The notes under the pieces were generated by a model. It saw nothing but the letters and a program-made list of their open reading frames with translations. It did no database searches and had not been told where the DNA came from. The position numbers and the translations under genes are program-made. Source: Patellaria atrata CBS 101060 (Eukaryota). From it: DNA of 64,000 nucleotides. The DNA is taken from positions 372,001 through 436,000 of the forward strand of contig MU006099.1 of the NCBI GenBank assembly GCA_010093705.1, written 5' to 3'. Positions 42,522-53,399 of the stretch are shown here, piece by piece. The first letter of the stretch is position 1; each line of letters starts with the position of its first letter.

Positions 42522-43662
42522 TGAACTGGTTACGGCTCCGATACGCGAACTAGAGGTCTCACGTTGACCAAACTAATGCTTACGAGTACAATTATACTTA
42601 TATATGCAATATGTTTCATGGTGAATCCTACCTTCGGACTTTGTAGTAGACATACAACCACCAACAAAGCTCGCTTTCTCCCATCCGTTTGTCAGATGGT
42701 AGACCAGAAGAGCAGTTCCTATTTGGAGCGGTGCCTGCGGTACAGCACAAGAATAAGAAGAACTGGGTAGGTGATTTCACAGAACTCATTTCTCAGATAA
42801 AGCAGGAGGGTACTGGCGGTTTTGCTAGCTGCACCGGAATTTTCTGACCTCACTAAACGATGTCAGCTACAGTCAAAATTTTACTAGCTACAGCTACTTT
42901 TCCCTGGTAACAACTCCTCTATATAAGATAGCTCTGGAAAAGTTGAAGTAATATCTCAATTGCGCGAAAGTTGTCAAAAGTCTCTCAAACACACACTGAA
43001 CTCTATATCAGCCCAATTCTTTATTCTAGCATTGACTAAGCTGCGGTCAGGCCCCAAATCCACTTATTATTCGAACAATACATCCAGCATCCAGCCTTTT
43101 AACTAACCGTCTCAAATGCACGATACCACAACTATGCTTCCTTCCGGAAGCCCCCGGCAACGTGGCATTCGCTGACCGAGCAACCCTAGAACGCCACGAT
43201 CCTTTCCGTGTGCAGAAACAGGTCTAGCGTAAAAAAAAAGTACATTTCCCTAAAGAGGTAAATGCCAGAATCTTTGCCTACTTCCACCCCAAGTTACCGA
43301 CATAACCCATCAGCCGCACACAAGGCGACCATTTCAGGCCCACCAACAAGGTACGAGTTGACGCACCTCCAAATCCTGAGTCAAAGACGCTATAATTAGT
43401 AATCACGAAGTCGATTCGTTGATACCACTCGATGTTGCTTATTCAGCCACGCATATGCGGGTGAAGAAAGATAAAAGTGTTAAATATGAATAGACTATAA
43501 CCCAACCCATAAGTACCGATTCAACCCCCTTCCTCGCTCGTTCTTCTCTCTCTCCTCTTCCCTTCCCATAACACGTATGAAGCCCCACCTCAGCCAGTGA
43601 ATAAAAACCCCCAATTCTTGATTCGCCTAAAAATAAAAAATCCCCCAAACACCACATCCACC

Positions 43663-46600
43663 ATGACCCCCAAAGAGCCCAAATCCCCCATTCCCACCAC
43701 AATCCCTACCCTCCTCCACGCCCGCCTCCTCTCCGCCCCCTCCTCCCCCGCCATCCTCACCCCCACCCTCACCCTCACGACCCACCAGCTCTGGACCATC
43801 TCAACGCACATCCGCACCCGCATCCCCATTACACCAGGCACGGTAGTCGTGCTCTGCATGCGCCGGTCGTGGCGGCTCGTCGCGTGCATGCTTGCGGTCT
43901 TGCGCGCGGGCGCGGCGTATGTGGTTCTTGACCCTGAGGAACCGGCGTTCAGGAATATGGGGGTGGTTGCGGAGTTGGGGGACCGGAGGGGGGTGGTTGT
44001 GGGTGAGAGGGATGTGGGGTATCTTGGGAAGGTGTGGGATGTGGATTGCGTTGTGGGTGTTGGGGGGGAGGTGAGGTGGGCTGGTGAGGTTGAGGAGGAG
44101 AGTGGGGTGAGGAATGGGGTGGAGAATAGGGTGCGAAATGGAGTGCGAAATGGAATGCAAAATGGAGTGGATAATGGAGTGAAGGACGCAGCGGAGCCAA
44201 ATGATCTAGCATATCTAGTTTTCACGTCCGGATCCACGGGACGGCCGAAGGGCGTTATGGTCACCCATACCGCAGCATGTTCTGGTATATCGTATTTCTC
44301 GCTCGCCGGGAAGACACGCTGGTTGCTTTTCTTCAATCCGGGGTCGAGCGCGGCGCAGAGGGCCGTATGGGGGACCCTAATCCACGGAGGGTGTCTCTGC
44401 ATCGCGGGTAAAGAGGATGTCACGGCGTCGTTGGCGAGGACGATATGCGATATGGAAATCGACGGCATCGGGCTTACGCCGTCGGCGCTTTCGTTGATGA
44501 GTCCGGACGAGGTACGCGGCTTGAAGATGATTATCATGGTGGGCGAACGGGTGGATGGGAAGATTGTGGAGACTTGGGCGGGCAGGGTTGAGTTGTGGAA
44601 TTTTTATGGGTTGAGTGAGTGTACGCAGATGAATTTTGGGAAGAGATTGCTACCTGGTGGTGATCCTACATGTGTGGGCCGTCCGTCGGATACAGTGTCG
44701 GTCATGATTGTGGATAGTGACAGTAAGGCGATTGTGTCCAAAGGGAACGTGGGAGAAATATGTCTCACCGGCCCTCAACTATCGAAGGGTTACTGGGGCC
44801 GAGAGAACGAGACGGCGGAAAGATTCGTCAATAACCCTTTCAACGAGGGACAGATGCTGAAAACTGGAGATCTGGGATATGAAGATGAGGATGGGATACA
44901 TGTTGTAGGAAGAGACGACTTTCAGGTGAAAGTAGATGGTCAGAAAGTCGCGCCAGAGGAAGTCTCTGCACAGCTCGCAAACTATCCCGGAATAAAGGCA
45001 TGTTCTGTGTTTGGTTGCCAATTGGGCGGCTGGCCCGCTCTTGTTGCTGCTATTGCGACAGATGATTTTGGGTCCTGGGATAATACGAGCCAAAGGGTCC
45101 AATCAATACGGTCTTTCCTAACTGAGAGGATACCATCTTACATGATGCCGCATTATTGGTTACCGCGACATTCGATGCCCTTCGGACATAATGACAAGAT
45201 CGATATCCAAACCCTTCGCAAAGAAGCTGAACAGCTAGGAGCTGAGGGATTGAGAAAGCTCATACAAGGAGCCGATACCCGATTCGCAGGTTTATCTGAG
45301 ACCGAAGAGGTTATACGAGCCTCTTGGGCCAGTGTACTTGGAATACCAAAGGAATCTATCGGGCCTCAACATTCCTTTTCGCTTCTAGGTGGAACCTCTT
45401 TGCAAGCGTTGAGGGTCATAGGAAAACTACGGACAGAAGGAATTCTCCTCGAGTTACGCGATATATTCTTGACTGGTAATCTTTCTGAGGCAGCTCTAAG
45501 AAGTCGGCGGATTGAAGACACAGCGGACAAGGGAGATGTTGAAGTTGTACCATTCTCCTTGATACCCGAGGAACCTCTTCGTCAAGGACTTCAAAGTCAA
45601 GGGGGTGTAGAAGACGCATTTCCCGCCACACCCGTGCAATTGATGTTACTGATGGCGAGTCTTCGTGGACATAAAGGATACGTCTACCAAAGGAAGTGGG
45701 ATATGACCGGAATAAATCCACAGATGCTTAAAGAAGCGTTTCGAACTGTTTTCCAAGAGAGCCCTACGCTCCGATCGGTATTCATTCCAGGGAAGGCCGG
45801 TTTCACCCAATTGGTACGCACGGATTTGGAGCTCCCCTGGGAAGAAGACAGCTCCAGTACAATCGAGGAATTTGTGAAAAGCGACTTAGAAGAACAAGTC
45901 GTACTTGGAGAGCTTATGTGGAGAGTAACGTACGTGACTAAAGCCAATGTCCTTGTGGTAACAATGCACCACTCTCTTTTCGATTTCTGGTCACATCGAT
46001 TTCTGTACCAAGACGTTGCAAACGCATACTTTGGCTTCTCTCACAACCCACGACCTCCATTCCAAAGGTTCGTACGTTGGTTGCAAGAATTAGAATCCGA
46101 AGAATCAGCGACTTTCTGGGAAGACTACAAAAAAAAGGTCAGACCCACACTGATCAACACAGAAAAGACAGAAGAATACACTCACGTATTCAAACCCGCT
46201 CCCCCCGCCCTTGCTACCTCAATGACAGATATTGGCCTCACGATCGCCTCGGTCGTATACGCAGCTTGGGCGATAACCATGGGCAAAGCAACCGCACAAG
46301 ACGCCGTATGTTTCGGCACGCTGTTCGCATCTCGCGATATCCCAGTCCAAGACATCGCGCGCATGGACGGTCCTGTCTTCACACTCGCCGCTCAGGCGAT
46401 CGAACTACCCGGTAGCAAAACCGTCCGGGAAATAGCAACTTCCATCTATGATGGTCAATGGGACTTGACCGCCCATTCCCAATGGCGGCTGAAACAGTTT
46501 GTCAGGGAAGGCGTACAGCCACCGGTATTTGATACGATGGTTGATATTCTGATCGCTGACCATGGTGAGGAGGATGTCGTGGCGAAGCGGTTGTTCAAGC

Positions 46601-46809
46601 GATTCGGGGCTAGACCGGCGTGGGATACGACGTTTACGGCGCTGTATTTGATGGAAGACGATGGGGAGTTTAGTTTTGCGATTACTTCATTACTGCCGGA
46701 GAGCAAGGTAAGACAGTTGTTGGATACTGTCATTGCAGTCATCCATGCCATTTTGGATGTAGACGACCCTGCTATCCGACTGGAAGATCTCTTGAGCCGT
46801 CTTGATTGA
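43663..46809 (+). CDS. Single-module NRPS (A-T-C), 1048 aa
   Basis: A-domain motifs LAYLVFTSGSTGRPKG, NFYGLSE, GEICLTG, KTGDLG, GRDDFQVKVDG, NDKID; carrier site FSLLGGTSL; condensation motif MHHSLFD. First ATG at 43663. Confidence 0.92.
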   Translation: MTPKEPKSPIPTTIPTLLHARLLSAPSSPAILTPTLTLTTHQLWTISTHIRTRIPITPGTVVVLCMRRSWRLVACMLAVLRAGAAYVVLDPEEPAFRNMGVVAELGDRRGVVVGERDVGYLGKVWDVDCVVGVGGEVRWAGEVEEESGVRNGVENRVRNGVRNGMQNGVDNGVKDAAEPNDLAYLVFTSGSTGRPKGVMVTHTAACSGISYFSLAGKTRWLLFFNPGSSAAQRAVWGTLIHGGCLCIAGKEDVTASLARTICDMEIDGIGLTPSALSLMSPDEVRGLKMIIMVGERVDGKIVETWAGRVELWNFYGLSECTQMNFGKRLLPGGDPTCVGRPSDTVSVMIVDSDSKAIVSKGNVGEICLTGPQLSKGYWGRENETAERFVNNPFNEGQMLKTGDLGYEDEDGIHVVGRDDFQVKVDGQKVAPEEVSAQLANYPGIKACSVFGCQLGGWPALVAAIATDDFGSWDNTSQRVQSIRSFLTERIPSYMMPHYWLPRHSMPFGHNDKIDIQTLRKEAEQLGAEGLRKLIQGADTRFAGLSETEEVIRASWASVLGIPKESIGPQHSFSLLGGTSLQALRVIGKLRTEGILLELRDIFLTGNLSEAALRSRRIEDTADKGDVEVVPFSLIPEEPLRQGLQSQGGVEDAFPATPVQLMLLMASLRGHKGYVYQRKWDMTGINPQMLKEAFRTVFQESPTLRSVFIPGKAGFTQLVRTDLELPWEEDSSSTIEEFVKSDLEEQVVLGELMWRVTYVTKANVLVVTMHHSLFDFWSHRFLYQDVANAYFGFSHNPRPPFQRFVRWLQELESEESATFWEDYKKKVRPTLINTEKTEEYTHVFKPAPPALATSMTDIGLTIASVVYAAWAITMGKATAQDAVCFGTLFASRDIPVQDIARMDGPVFTLAAQAIELPGSKTVREIATSIYDGQWDLTAHSQWRLKQFVREGVQPPVFDTMVDILIADHGEEDVVAKRLFKRFGARPAWDTTFTALYLMEDDGEFSFAITSLLPESKVRQLLDTVIAVIHAILDVDDPAIRLEDLLSRLD

Positions 46810-47557
46810 GATGGCCTATTTCTCCTAGGTAAGCTGCTGTACAGATTGTATATGTCGCAAACAATAGACAATTTTGCGTATTGGTAGTATTTGAGGATGT
46901 AAAAAGACGGTCTACAATAGGCTTTCCATCAATAAACCCTTGTCATGCTGGTTTAAGCTCAATTCAATACATAGTTGCAATGACGTTTTGGAATAAGACT
47001 TCGTTTTAATCGGTTTGGAAATGCCCTCATACCTGGATAAGGAGTAGCTGAACCGGAAAACGACTTACAGGGCCATCAGATCTGTATAACTCATATTCTC
47101 AGGGATGGTAAGACTTGCGAAGGGAATTCACCGCGATCGTATGTCTACGCCTTACAGCAGCGATTGTACCGTCCCAAAAGGACCTTTTCCTATATGAAGT
47201 ACTTGTAAGAAGATTGTACAAGCCGATAATTGTAATTAATCTTTGTTCGTCATGTACTGTAACAGTAAATATCCGAAGTTTGAATTGACCAATAAGCGTG
47301 AAGGCTCTCTGATCAAAGTCACGATATTGAACAATAGCACTCACATGACCGAAAACCCAACTTTAACATTGACAACAGCCATTCCTCGCAATAGCTAATG
47401 GAGTTATTGTCCCTTAAGTGACAAAACTCGACATCGTCCCCGAATATTTTCAATCTCTCTTCTCCAATTACCAACCTTACGCATCTCTTCACACACCAAT
47501 TCACATGCAATTTTTCACTTTTTCAATATTCTCCACACAAATTCACTATCAATCACA

Positions 47558-48049
47558 ATGTGCCGCTACTACAAGATCAGGTACAGCTGCAACCACAGCA
47601 AAACGACCCGTCTCTCCACTTGTCTCGGCCACACGCGTCGGAGCCGCAACCGGGTCGCATGCCGTACCATTGACGTTCCTTTCGAGGAGCGCATGGTCGG
47701 CGTGTGCCCGGGGTGCTATGTCAAGGACCCTAGTTCTGCACGCTCGGATGCGGACTGGGCGATGTGGCACCGGAGGCTCGAAGCGGCCGAGGCAAGTGGA
47801 GGGGAGGATAGTCGTACCAAGATGTTGTTGGCGAAGGTGGCGGAGAGGAAGTGGATGGCAGCACAGAGAACGAGTGAGAATAAGCATTCTCGGCCTGGAA
47901 GTGCGAAGAGGGGTCTTAAGAAGAGCTCGTTGAGCAAAGAAGTGAAGAGGGACAAGCTGCTCTCGCCAGAAAAGTTCAAGAAATACTGGGAGCCGCTGGA
48001 TAGAATTCACGCGTGCAGGGAGACATGTCTGGAGAAGCAAATACAGTAG
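47558..48049 (+). CDS. Hypothetical 163-aa protein with a Cys/His-rich, putative Zn-binding N-terminus
   Basis: ATG ORF MCRYYKIRYSCNHSK..C..C..CPGC, a pattern common in small fungal proteins, followed by a charged helical C-terminus. Confidence 0.6.
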   Translation: MCRYYKIRYSCNHSKTTRLSTCLGHTRRSRNRVACRTIDVPFEERMVGVCPGCYVKDPSSARSDADWAMWHRRLEAAEASGGEDSRTKMLLAKVAERKWMAAQRTSENKHSRPGSAKRGLKKSSLSKEVKRDKLLSPEKFKKYWEPLDRIHACRETCLEKQIQ

Positions 48050-48053
48050 AATC

Positions 48054-49365
48054 TTAGTATTCTATTGTCCTCCGGATACCATCGTAAATCCCTGGAGCGT
48101 GGGTCAGCAGAATTCAAGACGAAGAGGAAAAGCACCTACTAGCGATATCTGGAATGTTGAATTTCTCATGGACGAGGCCCATATGGGTGCTCCATCCAGC
48201 AATCCTCTGTACCGGCGCTTCCAATCTCAGAAAAGCACCCTCCTGAATTGTTGCGGCAACTTCCGCTCCTACACCAGCGTTCACCATCGATTCATGAACT
48301 ACAACCGCACGTCCAGTCTTCTTCACGCTTTCCAGTATCGTCTGCCGATCCCACGGGTACACCGTACGCAAATCTATCAGCTCTGCCTTTATTCCGAAAT
48401 CCTTCTCGGCCGCCTCAATTGCAGACGAGCAGTTATATAGCGGGGTGCCATACGATATTACCGTCACATCCTTACCTTCTTTCAATATTTCAGCTTTATC
48501 CAGTGGAAGAGTATAGCCTTCCACCGGTACTTGTTCAACTGCAGCACGATAGAGAATCTTTGGTTCCATGAATACTACTGGATCATTACACGCAATTGCT
48601 GCCAATAGCAGACCCTTCGCTTGAGACGGAGAACGCGGAATTACCACATGGAGACCAGGAATATGCGTGAAGAGAGCTTCCGGAGATTGCGAATGGTATC
48701 TACACAGCACATAGAACGTCAGCACTACATAGAGATCTCATCGACGAAGTTCGACCAGGAAGTCCTTACATCCCACCATGTCCCACAGCTCCAGACGGCA
48801 TCCTCACAACCAATCCACCGCAATGCATACCAGTACTACCAGTCCTGAACCTCGCCTTTGCCGCCTCATTCACCAATTGGTCAAAAGCCGGATACACATA
48901 GTCCGCAAATTGTATCTCAGCCACCGGCCTCATCCCCTCGAGTGCAAGTCCGATCGCAAATCCCACAATACCCTGCTCAGTCAACGGAGTATTGAACACC
49001 CTCTCAGCACCGAAGTCGCTAGCAAGATTCATGCTACACCGAAAGACACCTCCGAAAGCTACATCTTCCCCGAAGAGCAGGACTCGTTCATCCGAAGCTA
49101 GGGCGTGCCGGAGTGCAGAATTGACAGCTTGAAAGAGGTTTTGGCGCTGAGTTTTGGATTGACGGACATTTTGAGGAAGTTCTGGGTGCGAGAGAGCGGA
49201 CTGAGAGGTGTGATTGAGTAAAGGCGTTGTGGAGTAGTCTATGGGCAGGTTCAGACGGGCATTGGGGGCGTGAGCGGAGTAAGGTCTTGAAATAGTTTTG
49301 CGGTGGCTTTTGACGTTGAAAGATGAGCGAGAAGCTCTAGATAGACATTTCAGAGAAGAATTCAT
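48054..49365 (-). CDS. BCKDHB: Mitochondrial branched-chain alpha-keto acid dehydrogenase E1 beta subunit; exons 49365-48770, 48699-48140, 48091-48054
   Basis: Basic/Ser-rich presequence; [66 protein letters not shown]. Two introns in phase. Confidence 0.95.
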
Positions 49366-50113
49366 TGTGCAGATTCGTATCAGACAAATCTCTTTACCAG
49401 CATCTTGAGAAGTCAGAGTTGTGTTGTGTTTGTAGTGACGACTTGAACGGTTGACGTTTGGAAGCTGCGGTTACTCTCGGCTCTTCCTCCATAAGCCTCA
49501 GGGTCCGAGCTTAGCGGGAAATCTTGGCGTAATTATATCCCGCCCTCTGCAGTTCCGCCCCTCCCCTGCAGCCGCATTCTAATGAAATTAGAACTAGAGG
49601 AGTGTTTAGTGTAGTCTCGTCCAATGAAATCAAAGTGTAAAGCACGTCATGCACTACCGGTTGAACTGTCTAACTGAGCTAGAAATTTGTACAAACTGTG
49701 CCTCTGTCCGGTCTAGTTTCCTGCAGTCGATATCGCGTGTGTAAGGGCAGTTCGAGGTGAAAGTGATATCCCTAAGAAATACAAACACAGCATACGGTCA
49801 AGATAATATTTATTATCCCCTTCACCAGTTTCATCTAAGGTTGTGACGTCTGCGGGAGCTTTGACCATTTTCGAAATTAGCCTAGGTAGAAAATGCAGTT
49901 CTAAAGGGAGAGCGACAACCTTCTCACGCTCCGGCTTCCTCATAGGTCAGAATCTGGTGTACAGAACCCCAAGCCGCTTGCACAAATACACCAACCACCA
50001 CCTCATCTCGACACCTTCTCACCGCACAAGTGTTGAATATCGCAAACACTGTTCGTTAGTGTCAGTTTGCACGAATTGTGCCTGGTCTGGAGACCTCATC
50101 CTTCGTCCTCTCC

Positions 50114-52462
50114 ATGCGTTCCACGGGGATCACATCGTGTTCTGCCCATCATGGTTCTCCCTCCAATATCGGATCGATTCGGCCGGTGCTCTTCGCATTA
50201 ACGAAATGTTGCGTGTTGATGTTCGGGGGTGTAGGCGCATCGCCTCTAAAATACAGATCAATACACACTTCTGAAGAAGACCTTCCTAAGGATCCCGATG
50301 ACCCGAGTCTATGGATATATTTGGGTGTAGCAGGAGCTTTGGTGCTGCTGGGAGGAGCCTTTGCGGGTCTGACCATCGCGTTAGTAACCACACTTATTAA
50401 ATATACCTTGGACTGAACTAGTTTCTAATTGGAGTATATAGATTGATGGGCCAGGACGAAATCTATCTCCAAGTCATCGCAACCTCCGGCGAGAAGGCGG
50501 AGAAAAAGCATGCCAGACGTGTGCTAAACCTCCTAAAGAAAGGCAAGCATTGGGTACTGGTGACACTGTTATTGAGCAATGTTATTACGAACGAGACCCT
50601 TCCAATTGTCCTCGATAGGTCGTTAGGTGGAGGATGGCCTGCTGTTTTGGGCAGTACAGTTCTTATTGGTAAAATGAATAGTTCACTGAGACCGAGCGTG
50701 AGGGCTAATTGTTGTAGTTATTTTCGGTGAAATTGCACCCCAATCTGTCTGTGTACGATATGGTCTACCTATTGGAGCGTGGATGTCACCTTTCGTCCTT
50801 GCCCTAATGTGGATCATGTCCCCCGTGGCCTGGCCTACCGCGAAGCTTCTCGATTGGCTATTGGGAGAGGATCATGGTACAACATACAAAAAGGCGGGTC
50901 TAAAGACACTGGTCACTTTACATAAGACACTTGGACATAGTCCGGATGAACGATTGAATCAGGACGAAGTTACTATTATCAGTGCCGTTTTGGACCTCAA
51001 AGACAAACCCGTTGGTAGCATCATGACGCCAATGAAGGATGTTTTCACGTTATCAGCAAACGCAGTTTTGGATGAGGAGATGATGGACACAATCCTATCT
51101 GCTGGATATTCCAGAATACCCATTCACGCACCGGACAACCCTACGAATTTTGTTGGCATGCTTCTCGTCAAAATGCTAATCACTTATGATCCCGAAGACG
51201 CCATGAAAGTAAGAGAATTCTCTCTAGCAACCCTCCCAGAGACAAGTCCCGAAACTAGTTGTTTGGATATCGTCAACTTCTTCCAAGAGGGCAAATCACA
51301 TATGGTGCTTGTATCTGATCACCCGGGAGATGAATATGGAGCATTAGGCGTAGTGACATTGGAGGATGTCATTGAAGAACTAATAGGAGAGTGAGTGCAC
51401 CCACACATCATCGAACTGACTTTAGCTGATCAATTTCGCAGAGAGATTATTGACGAATCTGATGTTTTCATCGATGTCCACAAAGCAATCAGACGCATGG
51501 CTCCCGCGCCGCGCACGCGAGTACCAAAGGCAAAGGCACCATCAATTCATGGTGACGAAGAAGATGCGCCCCTTTTGTCGAGACGTTCCACCATAGACGA
51601 CAGAGTCAACGCAACCGGTCGAAAATCATCTCTCGATCAAGTCCCTTCAAGCCCAAGGCAAACCACTTTCTTCGTCCGTCGGAGAAGCAGCAGTGGAGCC
51701 GCCGCAATGGAACCAGTCGCCATCCGCAACAATCCCGAACTCCTCCAGCACCTCAAACACCTCGGCCCCTCCAACGCCGCAAACAAACCCAAAACAACTC
51801 GCATCAACACCGTCAAAATCAAACCCGGCACCAACGTCCCGGGTACCGCCGCCTCCGGCACCGCCATCGTCCCGGGCACCATCCCAGAGGACTCAGTCCT
51901 GACCTCCGACCCCCCCGGCTCCCGCGCCTCCATCCACGAAATCCCAACGGCATACCAGGGCGGCGTCGGCGAGGGTCTCGTATCCCCCGGCTTCGAAGCC
52001 CGCGACGCAACGCACGTCCTCTCCCAAGGCTACGGCTCCATCAACGGCCACCAGCGTCCGAGAAGTAAAAGCGAGGCTTCCCAAACCGATCCCATCGACG
52101 ATAGCGCCGGCAAGATCATAGTGGATAATAGACCCCAGCCTGAGCGTCTCGCGTCGCAGAGTACCATCGGCTCGCTCAAAAGTGAGGACCACGAGCCCCC
52201 AAAGAAGAGGGCCACGGCGCGTAGTGGGTCCATCACGGAGAATATCGTCGATATGGGGGGTGTGAGGAAGGTTGTTTTGGAGACGACTAGTAGTTCTGAT
52301 AATGAGGATGCAAGGAGGAATGGGGAGGGGAGTGCAGGACAGTTGCCGAGCGTAGATGGAGCGAAGGAGGGGGAAAAGAAGAAGAGGAGGAAGAAGAGGG
52401 CGAAGAAGAAGAAGGAGGCGAAGGGAGGGGAGAACGAGCCGCTTCTGGGGGGAAAGAGTTAA
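50114..52462 (+). CDS. MAM3: CNNM/DUF21-CBS metal homeostasis protein (Mam3-like); exons 50114-50379, 50442-50668, 50718-51390, 51442-52462
   Basis: [55 protein letters not shown] pair ([37 protein letters not shown]). Confidence 0.93.
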
Positions 52463-52910
52463 CGGCTGGAAAAGCTGACGGATCTTCTTAAACGGGGGCC
52501 GGGAGGCTGAGGGTTTGTGGTTGGGCTGGTGAGGTTACTGGCGATTCGCTGTTCTGAGCACTATTTTGTATCCTGTATCATATTTGGCGCGGGTTTCCGG
52601 TCATGATGCGAGCGGGCGAGCGGCTTTATGTTAGGGGCCACGGGAGGAAGATTCCTCGTTTTAAAAATAACACATATTCTATACTAAGCTTGAAAGTGTT
52701 GAAACCACTATGATGACGTGCCTACAATTCACAATGTGCACGGCAAAATATACCCCCACACCCCTGATCCCGTACCAAACCCTGAAGAAGGTAAGGAGAG
52801 GGATGATGCTATAACCACCTCGAAACCACTCATATGAAACACACTCATCACAGCACAAAACGTGGTTTTCAACTATGATTGCATTGACTACCTACTCGCA
52901 CCAGACTCTT

Positions 52911-52928
52911 GGGGGGGGGGGGGGGGGG
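52911..52928 (+). repeat. Poly-G homopolymer (18 nt)
   Basis: Directly visible. Confidence 0.9.
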
Positions 52929-53399
52929 CGCGGGTTATAGTACAGAACGCAGCAAAAGGGATTATCCGCCATTTCACCCATGTTGATTATTTCCCGCTTC
53001 CACACACGACAGCAAAAGAGCCATCTAGGTGCCGAGGGGATTAGAGTATCGTACAGCATAAATCGGGCAGTTATGGGGGATTTGGTATGATTGTATCCTC
53101 CCACAAGACAGAAAAGCAGGAAAGAGGAAATTGGGGAAGGGGAGGAGTATGCCGTACAATAAACCCAATAGACGACCGAGAGAGAAAGGTAGGAAAGGGG
53201 GGGTTGTTGACTCCGTAGAATAGGGGAAGGTGTGATTATATCCTCCCGTGTAGAAAAGCGCAAAAAGGGGGATCTGGTGTCGAAGGTACAAAAAAGATCG
53301 GGCAAAAGGGGAGTATACAATGACACCAGCACGCAACCCAAGGGAAGAAACAAGATACCACATCCAGCATTTCAGAAACAGCCACTAGAGGTTACCCAT

